A stretch of 64,000 bases of DNA from IMG/VR virus record IMGVR_UViG_3300035521_000139, positions 38,654 through 102,653 of that record, one strand, 5' to 3'. Below, one piece after another: positions 15,627 through 24,964 of this stretch. Source of the stretch: a virus. Lineage: Duplodnaviria > Caudoviricetes. Position numbers and translations under genes: made by a program. The notes under the pieces are model-generated. The model did no database searches. It was given only the letters and a program-made list of their open reading frames with translations, and was not told the origin of the DNA. The first letter of the stretch is position 1, and every line of letters begins with the position of its first letter.

Positions 15627-16175
15627 ATGAATATAGAATTATATAAAACTGATAATGGCGTTGCTATTATTAGTAATCTTTGTAATTTTATAGTGAGTTT
15701 ACAAGATATAATGTTATCTGATATAATAATATATCAAACTAATTTAAGGGATAGAAGAAATTGCAATACAGAAGTAGAAGCACTATTTGATTATAATGGA
15801 AAAGATAATACTGAAAAAATGTTGTGTAGTAAAGTAGCCAATTTGAAAGAAGGAGAATATATACCTACTTTAGGACAACTTGCTATAATGTATAAAGTAA
15901 AAGATGAATTAAATTTTTTATTAGAAGAATGTGGAGGTAAAAAAATAGATGATAGTTATACGTCATATTATTATAGTTCAAGCAGATACAAGGACTCTAG
16001 AAATTGGCATATAAATTTTAATAGAGGATTTATGGTAGATATTGAAGAAGATTGTAATATGGCAAATATAGTACGTCCAGTGCGAGATTTAAAAATTAAA
16101 AATAGTGATAACCCATTATCAAAAATATTAAGAAAATTAGGACTGTTAGACCCAATGACTAAATATTATGAGTGA
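15627..16175 (+). CDS. DUF1566/Lcl-like domain protein
   Basis: YIPTLGQL...YYYSSSRY...NWHINFNRG...VRPVR pattern. Confidence 0.65.
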   Translation: MNIELYKTDNGVAIISNLCNFIVSLQDIMLSDIIIYQTNLRDRRNCNTEVEALFDYNGKDNTEKMLCSKVANLKEGEYIPTLGQLAIMYKVKDELNFLLEECGGKKIDDSYTSYYYSSSRYKDSRNWHINFNRGFMVDIEEDCNMANIVRPVRDLKIKNSDNPLSKILRKLGLLDPMTKYYE

Positions 16176-16553
16176 TTTATTACTAGCAATAAAAGAATTA
16201 ATTGATAAACATCAATGATACAGACAATAGAAACTATTATTAAAAGACTTACTAATAATCCTGTTAAATACTGGGCAAGAGTTACAGATTTATCTGTTTA
16301 TTCTAAATGTGTTGAATTTAATTACCCTATTCGTGTAAAAATAACTTTAGAAATAATAAGCACTCCTATAGATAAGTTTAAATTAGATATTGAAACTGAG
16401 CATCTTCAACCTATAAATATGCTTATTAATAAAAAAGATGGTTTGCATATGAGGTTTTTAATTGATGAATTAAAAAAGGCTTGTATCAAAGAAACTAGAA
16501 ATTATTTAAAGAATATAATACTTAGTTTATGAATGATTTATTATTAGCAATAA
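16166..16553 (+). repeat. 27-bp direct repeat flanking the 16215 ORF
   Basis: TTATGAGTGATTTATTACTAGCAATAA (16166-16192) vs TTATGAATGATTTATTATTAGCAATAA (16527-16553), 2 mismatches. Confidence 0.7.
16215..16532 (+). CDS. Hypothetical protein
   Basis: 105-aa ORF. Confidence 0.65.
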   Translation: MIQTIETIIKRLTNNPVKYWARVTDLSVYSKCVEFNYPIRVKITLEIISTPIDKFKLDIETEHLQPINMLINKKDGLHMRFLIDELKKACIKETRNYLKNIILSL

Positions 16554-16882
16554 TAGTAGGGATTTTATATTTAATATTAATTATGAGTATATCAAAGTTA
16601 AGAGAAGTACTTACTGAAAAATGGAGTAAAGATACTCCTTCAGAAGATGAACAATATTCATTTATCTATATATTAGATTATAGTGTTCCCGCTATTTATG
16701 AAATAGAGATTAATGAAGAGAACTATAAAGATCTAGATGATTTAAAAACTATTGAAGATATTTTGAAAAGATATAAAATAAAAGAATCACAGTGTAGTTA
16801 TATGTTCTCTCAAGAAAGATTAAGTTTACATTATATCAATGATAAAATAAATGATAAACTAAATGAGTTGGATAAAAAATAA
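16529..16882 (+). CDS. Membrane-anchored hypothetical protein
   Basis: N-terminal TM helix. Confidence 0.7.
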   Translation: MNDLLLAIIVGILYLILIMSISKLREVLTEKWSKDTPSEDEQYSFIYILDYSVPAIYEIEINEENYKDLDDLKTIEDILKRYKIKESQCSYMFSQERLSLHYINDKINDKLNELDKK

Positions 16883-17357
16883 TTTTAATTATTGCTTATT
16901 AATAATAGTATTAATTCCAATATGTCTTATTATAGGAGATTATTGTGGAAGAAAAGAAGCTTATAGTACTGCTGAAATTCTTTATGAAGAAAGGTCTGAC
17001 TCTACTATTGGAGTTAGACCTTATTTCTTCATGAATACTCCTGAAGAAGGTTTAAAAGCTGCTTTAGATTATTATGAAGTAAGTAATACTGATATAGTAT
17101 ATGCTCAAGCTATACTTGAAACAGGTAATTTTACTTCAAAAATATGTAAAGAGTATAATAATCTATTTGGTTTATATGATAGTAAAAAGAAATGCTATCA
17201 TAAATTTGATCATTGGTCTGAAAGTGTAAGAGCTTATAAGGATTATATTCAAAATAAATATAATGGAAATCAAGATTATTATGATTTCTTATATCAAATA
17301 GGTTATGCTGAAGATAGTGAATATATACAAAAGTTAAAGAAATTATTAAATAAATAA
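16863..17357 (+). CDS. Membrane-anchored GH73/FlgJ-like peptidoglycan hydrolase
   Basis: AQAILETGN...NNLFGL...GYAED.EY; N-terminal TM helix. Confidence 0.8.
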   Translation: MSWIKNNFNYCLLIIVLIPICLIIGDYCGRKEAYSTAEILYEERSDSTIGVRPYFFMNTPEEGLKAALDYYEVSNTDIVYAQAILETGNFTSKICKEYNNLFGLYDSKKKCYHKFDHWSESVRAYKDYIQNKYNGNQDYYDFLYQIGYAEDSEYIQKLKKLLNK

Positions 17358-17358
17358 T

Positions 17359-18501
17359 ATGACAAGAGAAGAAATCCATGATTTAGCGTTATCTAATATA
17401 GATAACTCTAAATGTTTAATACTAGAATTAGCTACAGGTATGGGTAAAAGTAAAGTTGCTATTGACATTATTAATTATATTAATAATCAATATCAAAATA
17501 GTAATAATACTCTAAATGTTTTACTTATAGTAGCTAAAATAGTACATAAACAAAATTGGAAAGATGAATTTGCTAAATGGAATCTTAATGAGAATATTAA
17601 AGTTACTATTGAATGTTATGAATCTTTAAAAAAATATGAAAATACTGAATTTGATATTGTGTGTTTGGATGAAGTACAGCATTTATCTTTACAACGAATG
17701 GAATATCTTCATCATATAAAAATAAATAGATGTTTATTGGGTCTTTCTGCTACTATTAAAAGAGATTTAAAAGATTATCTTAAATATGCTTATAATGCTA
17801 AATTCATTTCTTGTGGTATTAAAAATGCCATAGAAGATGAAGTATTACCAGAACCTACAGTATATTTATTACCTTTACAATTAGATAAAGTAAATTGTAA
17901 TTATAAAGTAGATAAATTTGGTAGCAAATACATGAGTACTCAGCAAGGTTATTATCATGCTATGTGCTCTACAATAGACTGGTATAAAAATAAATACTTT
18001 AGTAGTAGAAATCAAAGAATAAAAAATCTTTGGTTATCTAAAGCAGGAGAAAGACTTAAATGGTTATCTAATCAAAAAGAGTATATGGTTTTAAAATTAC
18101 TAAGTTTATTTAGAAATTATAGAACTCTTACTTTTTGTTCTAGTATAGAACAATCGGAAAGATTAGGTAAATATAATATTAATTCAAAAAATAAAGCCTC
18201 TGTAGAGAATCTTAATTTATTTAATTCAGGTAAAATTAAACATATTACATCAGTAAATATTCTTAATGAAGGAGTAAATCTCACTAATTGTAGAATAGGA
18301 ATATTTTGTAATTTAAATAGTTCTGAAATAGTAGTAAAACAAAGATTAGGAAGACTATTAAGACATAAAAATCCTGTAATAATAGTTCCTTATTTTAAAG
18401 ATACTAGAGAAGAAGAATTATTACCTAAATTACTTGAAGAGTACAAAAAAGAATCAATTAAAACAATTACAATAGATTATTTAATTAATAAAGGATTATG
18501 A
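17359..18501 (+). CDS. SF2 helicase
   Basis: ATGMGKS, DEVQH, SAT, NEGVNL, QRLGRLLR. Confidence 0.9.
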   Translation: MTREEIHDLALSNIDNSKCLILELATGMGKSKVAIDIINYINNQYQNSNNTLNVLLIVAKIVHKQNWKDEFAKWNLNENIKVTIECYESLKKYENTEFDIVCLDEVQHLSLQRMEYLHHIKINRCLLGLSATIKRDLKDYLKYAYNAKFISCGIKNAIEDEVLPEPTVYLLPLQLDKVNCNYKVDKFGSKYMSTQQGYYHAMCSTIDWYKNKYFSSRNQRIKNLWLSKAGERLKWLSNQKEYMVLKLLSLFRNYRTLTFCSSIEQSERLGKYNINSKNKASVENLNLFNSGKIKHITSVNILNEGVNLTNCRIGIFCNLNSSEIVVKQRLGRLLRHKNPVIIVPYFKDTREEELLPKLLEEYKKESIKTITIDYLINKGL

Positions 18502-18908
18502 AAACTTATATTAAAATTAAGAACGAAAAGTTTATTAGAAATGGTAACACTACAGTTTGTGTAATATCAGTAGTATTTAACGAAAAGCTTTATAGAATGT
18601 TAGGCAATGAAGCTTATGGTAAAGTACATAAGAAGTTCCCCGAAGCTATGCGTGGTAGTATTTTAACATTCACAGGTAAAGCTAAAAGAATGGAAGGGGA
18701 TAAAGACAATGAAGTTATTGCTAGGAGAGTAGCTCAATCAAGATGTAAAGCTAAAATCTATAAATACTTTAAGAATCTTTATACCTGTGCTATTAATGCT
18801 CAAAATGAGTGTAATAAAAGTTTAGAAAATCTACAACTTGCTTGTAATTATGCTCAAACTACTGAAGAAGATAGAGTAGTCTATAATCTACAACAATTTA
18901 ATGATTAA
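18498..18908 (+). CDS. Conserved phage hypothetical protein
   Basis: FTGKAKR..GD..NE..ARRVA.SR pattern. Confidence 0.7.
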   Translation: MKTYIKIKNEKFIRNGNTTVCVISVVFNEKLYRMLGNEAYGKVHKKFPEAMRGSILTFTGKAKRMEGDKDNEVIARRVAQSRCKAKIYKYFKNLYTCAINAQNECNKSLENLQLACNYAQTTEEDRVVYNLQQFND

Positions 18909-18915
18909 AAATTAA

Positions 18916-19521
18916 ATGAATAATACTATCTGTCTTAACAGAAAAGCTATTGAAGCATTAGGAGGGACTATTGAAATAGCCCTCCTTTTGCTTATAATAA
19001 ACAATAAAATTGATTTACAAGAAACTATAAATAAAGCCTTAAAAGAAGGATATATAGGAAATATTTATGATCAAGGAGACCTTACTGGAGAATATTTTAT
19101 TTCTGATAAAGGAATAGAATTTCTAAATTCTTCAATAATAGATTCTGATAAATATGTAGAGCCTACGGATTCTTTAGAACCTCTTGCTAGAGAATTAAAG
19201 AAAATATATCCTAAAGGTAAGAAAGATGGTACTAACTATTATTGGGCAGAAGGAGTTGCACTTATAATAAGAAGATTAAAGCTATTCTTTAAAAAATATG
19301 GAGATAATTACTCTCACAAACAAATACTTACTGCAACTAAAAAGTATATAGAAAGTTTTAATGGGCAATATCAATATATGAAATTGCTTAAATATTTTAT
19401 ACTTAAAGAAAAAATAGGAGCAGCAGGAGATTTAGAGAGTGAATCTGAACTTGTAAATTATATAGAAAATGCAGGTCAAGAGGATGAACTTAAAAATGAT
19501 TGGACTTCAACATTAAAATAA
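18916..19521 (+). CDS. Putative replication initiator/helicase loader
   Basis: N-terminal wHTH-like part, YPK...YMK.L.YFI C-domain; directly upstream of dnaB. Confidence 0.5.
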   Translation: MNNTICLNRKAIEALGGTIEIALLLLIINNKIDLQETINKALKEGYIGNIYDQGDLTGEYFISDKGIEFLNSSIIDSDKYVEPTDSLEPLARELKKIYPKGKKDGTNYYWAEGVALIIRRLKLFFKKYGDNYSHKQILTATKKYIESFNGQYQYMKLLKYFILKEKIGAAGDLESESELVNYIENAGQEDELKNDWTSTLK

Positions 19522-19522
19522 T

Positions 19523-20743
19523 ATGGAATTACGTGAAAGAGTACTTCAGAATCTAGAAGAAAGAAGAGAAAGACTTCTTAATGGAGAAGTTAATTGTATT
19601 CCTTCTCCTTTTAAAAGATTTAGTAATGATTTTATAGGAATAGAACGAGGATGCTATTATTGTGTTACTTCTTTTACTAAAGGAGGTAAATCACAATTTA
19701 CTTCTTATACTTTTATATATAAACCTTTAATGTATTGTTATTATACTAAAGCTAATATAGATATAAAGATATTATATTTTCCTTTGGAAGAAACTCCTGA
19801 AAGAATCTTAGAAAGATTTATTTCTTGGTTATTATTTGATTTTAGTAAAGGAGAAGTAAGAATTTGCCCTAGAGATCTAAGAAGCACTACTTCCCCGGTA
19901 AATCAAGAAATATTAGATATAATTAAGACTGAAGAAATTCAAGACATTATTAAATATTTTGAAGAGCATGTTATATTTCCTGGAGATGCGGGTAATCCAA
20001 CAGGAATTTATAAATGTTGTGTTAAATATGCAGAAGATAATGGAACTACTTATTATAAGAAAGGTAAATATAAAGATGAACTAGGTATCACTAGAGAAAG
20101 AGATGTGTTTGATAGGTATGAACAAAATAATTCTAATGAATATAGACTTATAATCATTGATACTATTAATCTTATAGATACAGAAAAAGGAATGACTCTT
20201 AAACAATCTATGGATAAACTTAGTGAATATTTAGCTAAGTATCTTAGAAATAGATATAAGTTTAGTCCTATAGTAATTCAACAACAAAGTTTTGAATCAG
20301 AAGGAAATGAAGCTTTTAAATTAGGAAAAGTTAGACCTTCAGTTGCAGGTTTAGGTGATAGTAAATATACTAGCAGAGATGCAAATGTAGTATTAGGATT
20401 ATTTTCACCTTTTAGATTTGGATTAAGAGAATATGAAGGATATGATATAACTATATTTAAAGATAATATTAGATTTCTTGAAGTTATAGTTAATAGAGAT
20501 GGTGAAATGGGAGGATTATGTCCTATTTTCTTTGATGGTGCTGTTTGTGATTTTAGAGAATTACCCTTACCAGCAGAATTAGTTAAACTACAAAAAGTTT
20601 ATTCCCATATTCAAAAAATGAGACATAAACAAGTAGGTAAATTGTTTTTTACATATAGTATAAGTAATTTAGAAAAGAGTTTGCATAAATTAAAATCATT
20701 TTCTATTTTTGCAGCTCTTTTTGGTTTTAAATCAAAAAATTAA
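19523..20743 (+). CDS. dnaB: DnaB-like replicative helicase
   Basis: TKGGKS Walker A, YFPLEE, IIIDTINL, IQQQ, DANVVLGL, NRDG. Confidence 0.85.
   Translation: MELRERVLQNLEERRERLLNGEVNCIPSPFKRFSNDFIGIERGCYYCVTSFTKGGKSQFTSYTFIYKPLMYCYYTKANIDIKILYFPLEETPERILERFISWLLFDFSKGEVRICPRDLRSTTSPVNQEILDIIKTEEIQDIIKYFEEHVIFPGDAGNPTGIYKCCVKYAEDNGTTYYKKGKYKDELGITRERDVFDRYEQNNSNEYRLIIIDTINLIDTEKGMTLKQSMDKLSEYLAKYLRNRYKFSPIVIQQQSFESEGNEAFKLGKVRPSVAGLGDSKYTSRDANVVLGLFSPFRFGLREYEGYDITIFKDNIRFLEVIVNRDGEMGGLCPIFFDGAVCDFRELPLPAELVKLQKVYSHIQKMRHKQVGKLFFTYSISNLEKSLHKLKSFSIFAALFGFKSKN
20680..20713 (+). promoter_or_regulatory. Bacteroidota sigma-A-type promoter
   Basis: TTTGCA...TATTTTTGCA inside the dnaB 3' end, upstream of the AAA ATPase. 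Confidence 0.75.
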
Positions 20744-20751
20744 TATTAAAA

Positions 20752-21432
20752 ATGGCAAATTGTATTATTATTTTAGGTGCCAGTGGCACAGGTAAATCAA
20801 CCAGTATTAAAGGATTAAATCCTGAAGAAACAATAGTATTTAACACTTTAAAGAAGAGACTTCCATTTAAAGGAAGTAAGAGTCTTTACAATAAGGATAA
20901 TAAGAATATGTTTGAAATTACAGATTATGATAAAGTAATTACATATCTTAAAGGTATTGATACTAATTGCCCTAATGTTAAAAACGTAGTATTAGATGAT
21001 GCTATATATGTAATGAGAAAAGAATATTTTGATAGAGCTAAAGAAAGTGGTTTTGGTAAATATACCGATTTAGCAGTTCATTTTCAAAAGATTATTAAGA
21101 CTTGTGAAGAACTTAGAGAAGATTTAAATGTTTTCTTGATGCTTCATAGTGAGCCTGTAATGAGTGATAATACTATTAATACTTATAAAGTAGCTACTGT
21201 AGGTAAATTATTGGATAATCAATATAACCCTGTAGAGATTGTTCCTATGGTTCTTTTTAGTGGAATTCAATTTAAGGAGAATAAACCTGTTTATGGTTTT
21301 TATACACATGCTGTAATAGATAAAGGAGCCTTAATTCCTGCTAAAACACCTGATGGAATGTTTGAAGAAGATTTTATTGAAAATAATTTAGGTACTGTAG
21401 TGACAGCTATGAATGATTATTATAATGGATAG
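20752..21432 (+). CDS. AAA_24/Sak4-like ATPase (recombination)
   Basis: GASGTGKST, VVLDD, LMLHSE, PAKTPDG. Confidence 0.8.
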   Translation: MANCIIILGASGTGKSTSIKGLNPEETIVFNTLKKRLPFKGSKSLYNKDNKNMFEITDYDKVITYLKGIDTNCPNVKNVVLDDAIYVMRKEYFDRAKESGFGKYTDLAVHFQKIIKTCEELREDLNVFLMLHSEPVMSDNTINTYKVATVGKLLDNQYNPVEIVPMVLFSGIQFKENKPVYGFYTHAVIDKGALIPAKTPDGMFEEDFIENNLGTVVTAMNDYYNG

Positions 21433-21700
21433 ATTAATATTTGTAAATTATCTTAATAGTAATTGGAATCACACGGAATTTAATTTAAAACTGGTAAAAG
21501 ATTATTGCTTAGAAAAAGGTAAAAAGGTTGAGGATACTATGTTATTAATTAAAATATTGGAACAAGTACCTATTATAGCCAGATACTATGTTGAAATAGC
21601 AAAAGAATATTATATGAAAAAATATGCAATAATCACTGTATCTACTATAGAATATAATCAATTTAACGAACCAATAAAAAAAATATTATTATATTATTAA
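21425..21700 (+). CDS. Hypothetical protein
   Basis: Coupled ORF; start at MDRLIF. Confidence 0.65.
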   Translation: MDRLIFVNYLNSNWNHTEFNLKLVKDYCLEKGKKVEDTMLLIKILEQVPIIARYYVEIAKEYYMKKYAIITVSTIEYNQFNEPIKKILLYY

Positions 21701-21720
21701 TTATTTAAAACGAATAAATT

Positions 21721-22158
21721 ATGGAAAAGAAATTTTCAAAGTTTGAATTGGCAACAATTAAGAGAACTGCAATGAATGTAAACCCAATGGTTACAAAAAA
21801 GAATAAACTTAAAGCAAAGATTGCAGAACTTAATGAAGAATATTCTCAATTGGAGCTAATGCAGGAACAATATGAATCTTCTATTAGAACTCTTACCGGG
21901 GGATATTCTACAGAAGATTTAGTTGATAAGGTAGTAGAACCTACTAATTCAGTAGATAAAAATGGAAATGTAATTAAAATCACAAAATATGTATTTAAGT
22001 ATCCTGATACTATTATTCCTCCTGTAGAAAATGAAAAAGAAGATTCTACAGAATATTATAATGTTATCAAAGAACATGAAGTAGAAGAGGGTATTGAAAA
22101 TAACGAAAATACAGAGTCTGAAAATTCAGAAGAAAATCAAGAAACAGTAAATTTCTAA
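21721..22158 (+). CDS. Coiled-coil protein with acidic tail
   Basis: 145-aa ORF. Confidence 0.7.
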   Translation: MEKKFSKFELATIKRTAMNVNPMVTKKNKLKAKIAELNEEYSQLELMQEQYESSIRTLTGGYSTEDLVDKVVEPTNSVDKNGNVIKITKYVFKYPDTIIPPVENEKEDSTEYYNVIKEHEVEEGIENNENTESENSEENQETVNF

Positions 22159-22211
22159 TTAAGTGAATTAAATATAAATTAAATTGAATAATAAATTAAA
22201 GAGTAAAAATT

Positions 22212-23081
22212 ATGGCATTTGCAAGTGGTAAACAAACAGCAGATTCAGCTCCTATTAAGAGATATATTGGAGTAGCATCATCTTTCGTATTAGCAGTTAA
22301 TCCTAATAAAGCTAAATTATCGGAAATCTATGGTAGAGATATTACTGAAGAGCCTACTTATATAGGAAAGGATACTACTCTTAATGTAGATAATATTAGA
22401 ATAGATTTTATTCTAAAGACAGATCCTAAAAGTAACAATGGTATTGAGACTATTTCTAAGCTTTCTTATTATCTTTCTAATTCAGTAAGATATAATAGAG
22501 ATAAAACTAAAGTACAAGTAATTGATAAATATGGTAGAACTGCTTGGGCTACTATTGAAGAAGCTAAGAATCACACTGTTCCTCAATATTCCAAGGGTCC
22601 TGCTAATATTGATTCAGAGTTTAGACCTGCATTTGTAGGAGAAGAAAACCTTGTAAATTTTCTTATTAATTATCTTGGTATTCCCTCTACTGTTAAGCGT
22701 AATAGCGATAATTCCTATAGTCCTAAAACAGGTGCTGAATTAGCTGAGTGTGAGGCTGGTTTGGAGAATATTTCAGAGTATTTTAAAGGAAATATACAAG
22801 AACTTGTAGATATTGTTAATCTTCAACCTAATAATAAAGCGCAATTTCTTTATGGTGTTAAAACTACTGAAAAGGGACAATATCAAGATGTATTTAAAGA
22901 AATGGTATTAAAAAACAATGTTTATGATTGGAGTAAACTTACTGCTGCTCTTGAAGAAAGAAAAGCAGCAGGTGCTTATCCTAACACTGTATTTGATATT
23001 TGCTCTCTAAAGGAGTATGAGGTAGAAGCTGATACTTTTGAAAATCCTCCTTTGACAGCACACGATGATCTGCCTTGGTAA
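22212..23081 (+). CDS. Putative single-stranded DNA-binding protein
   Basis: Beta-rich protein with acidic DDLPW C-tail, between recombinase and primase. Confidence 0.65.
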   Translation: MAFASGKQTADSAPIKRYIGVASSFVLAVNPNKAKLSEIYGRDITEEPTYIGKDTTLNVDNIRIDFILKTDPKSNNGIETISKLSYYLSNSVRYNRDKTKVQVIDKYGRTAWATIEEAKNHTVPQYSKGPANIDSEFRPAFVGEENLVNFLINYLGIPSTVKRNSDNSYSPKTGAELAECEAGLENISEYFKGNIQELVDIVNLQPNNKAQFLYGVKTTEKGQYQDVFKEMVLKNNVYDWSKLTAALEERKAAGAYPNTVFDICSLKEYEVEADTFENPPLTAHDDLPW

Positions 23082-23111
23082 AAAAAATTAAATATATAAA
23101 ATAATCTAATT

Positions 23112-24119
23112 ATGGCATTTAGTACAGGATCTAGAACTACTAGAGTAGATGAGATTCTTACTCAAGTAACTGAAATTGATATATTATCATATTATTTAAA
23201 TGTGAAAGAGGTACCATGTGTTATTAATAGCCCTATAAGAGAGGATAAAAACCCCTCTCTTGGGCTTTATAGTACAGATGGTACTAAGATCCATTATATT
23301 GATTTCTCTACTGGAGAATCTGGAGGAACATTTGATTTATTGAGTAAGATGTGGGGAATGAAGTTCAAAGATGTATTGCTTCATATTGAAAAGGATTTAT
23401 GTCATTTTACTGTTAATAATAATATTAGAAAAAGTAATCCTTGTCTTGTAAGAAATATAAGTAATTATAAAAATGAATCTAAATTACTTTGTAAAACAAG
23501 AGATTGGGAGACTTACGATATTATTTATTGGGAGCAATTTGGCATTACTTTACAATGGCTTAAATATGCAGAAGTATATCCTATAAGTCATAAAATAATA
23601 ATAAAAAGAGGTAATAAATTTGTACTAGGTGCTGATAAATATGCTTATGTCTTTGTCGAGCATAAAGAAGATAAAGTTACTTTAAAAATATATCAGCCTT
23701 TTAACTCAAAAGGTTTTAAATGGTGTAATTCTCATGATAAATCTGTAATTGGCTTATGGACTAAAGTACCTAAAAATGGAGATAATATATGTATATGCTC
23801 TTCATTAAAAGATGCTTTATGTCTATGGGCTAATACAGGTATTCCTTCAGTATATATACAAGGAGAAGGATATAAAATCAGTAATACTGCAATTACTGAA
23901 TTAAAAAAAAGGTTTAAAACAATTTTTATATGTCTAGATAATGATAAACCTGGTTTAATAGATGCTGAAAGATTGGCAAAAGAAACTGGATTTATCAATG
24001 TGGTATTACCACAATTTGAAGGAGGAAAAGATATTGCAGAGTATTTTGTATTTCTTCAAAATAAAGAGAAGTTTAAAACTAATTTAATTAATTTATTTAA
24101 CAATCATTTAATAATTTAA
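23112..24119 (+). CDS. dnaG: DnaG-like primase
   Basis: Degenerate zinc-binding domain (SPIREDKNPS...DFSTG) and TOPRIM (LKDAL...CLDNDKPG...KDI). Confidence 0.85.
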   Translation: MAFSTGSRTTRVDEILTQVTEIDILSYYLNVKEVPCVINSPIREDKNPSLGLYSTDGTKIHYIDFSTGESGGTFDLLSKMWGMKFKDVLLHIEKDLCHFTVNNNIRKSNPCLVRNISNYKNESKLLCKTRDWETYDIIYWEQFGITLQWLKYAEVYPISHKIIIKRGNKFVLGADKYAYVFVEHKEDKVTLKIYQPFNSKGFKWCNSHDKSVIGLWTKVPKNGDNICICSSLKDALCLWANTGIPSVYIQGEGYKISNTAITELKKRFKTIFICLDNDKPGLIDAERLAKETGFINVVLPQFEGGKDIAEYFVFLQNKEKFKTNLINLFNNHLII

Positions 24120-24124
24120 AAAAA

Positions 24125-24874
24125 ATGGAATCACGTAAAATTACTGTAGTTTCATCAGCTACGCAATCTACAAAAGTTATTATGTCTTCAGCTACTACTC
24201 TGAGAGAATTGAAAGCAGATTTAGATGCTAATAATATTAGTTATGTTAATATGGCATTTTATGAGGGAACTGCAAGAGTAGAGCTTAAAACAGATGATTC
24301 AATATTGCCTCACGATGTTCCTTATAAAGGAACTATTACTAATGAACTGGTAATTATGCTATCATTACAAAAGAAGAAAATTAAATCAGGAGCTTATACT
24401 AGAGCAGATCTTTATTCTTTGATTAAAAAGTATCGTCTTCAAGATAAATGTATTTCTACTTTTAATAGAAATTATACACAATGTAAAACTGAAGATCTTA
24501 ATAAGATTGTAACTAGTTATATTAATAGTATTACTCCTTGTGCGGCTAACCCAATTGCCAGTAAGAAAGAAGAAGTTAAAGAAACTTCTAATGTAGAAAA
24601 TAAGAGTATTGAAACTAATTGCAAGCTGAAAGAAGAAATAGAGCTTAAAAATATTCGTAAAGATATTTTAAATATCAAGCAAGCTATTAATATTATAGCA
24701 AATGCACTTGAGGATGTTGAAGGTATTGAATACGTTTATGATGATGTCATGGAAGTTCTTGAAAGAGATGTAACTTCTATTGAAAGAAAAGATGTTGAAA
24801 TAAAAAAGAATCCTGTTCTCGAATCTCCATATTCAAAAGAGGATATTGATGATATGCTAAAAGACTTGATTTAA
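24125..24874 (+). CDS. Ubiquitin-like (beta-grasp) precursor protein
   Basis: Residues 1-89 follow beta-beta-alpha-beta-beta-beta order (RKITVV/TKVIM/TLRELKADL/MAFYE/DDSILP/LVIML), ending KIKSG; upstream of E2, JAB and E1 genes. Confidence 0.65.
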   Translation: MESRKITVVSSATQSTKVIMSSATTLRELKADLDANNISYVNMAFYEGTARVELKTDDSILPHDVPYKGTITNELVIMLSLQKKKIKSGAYTRADLYSLIKKYRLQDKCISTFNRNYTQCKTEDLNKIVTSYINSITPCAANPIASKKEEVKETSNVENKSIETNCKLKEEIELKNIRKDILNIKQAINIIANALEDVEGIEYVYDDVMEVLERDVTSIERKDVEIKKNPVLESPYSKEDIDDMLKDLI

Positions 24875-24890
24875 GGTTAATATATATTTT

Positions 24891-24921
24891 AAGGTAAGAG
24901 TATTATTACTCTTACCTTTTT
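24891..24921 (+). terminator. Intrinsic terminator between the Ubl and E2 genes
   Basis: AAGGTAAGAGTA-TTAT-TACTCTTACCTT plus T-run. Confidence 0.8.
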
Positions 24922-24964
24922 ATTCTAGTATTATTTAAGCTTTGTTATTTAAACATTATTAGAT

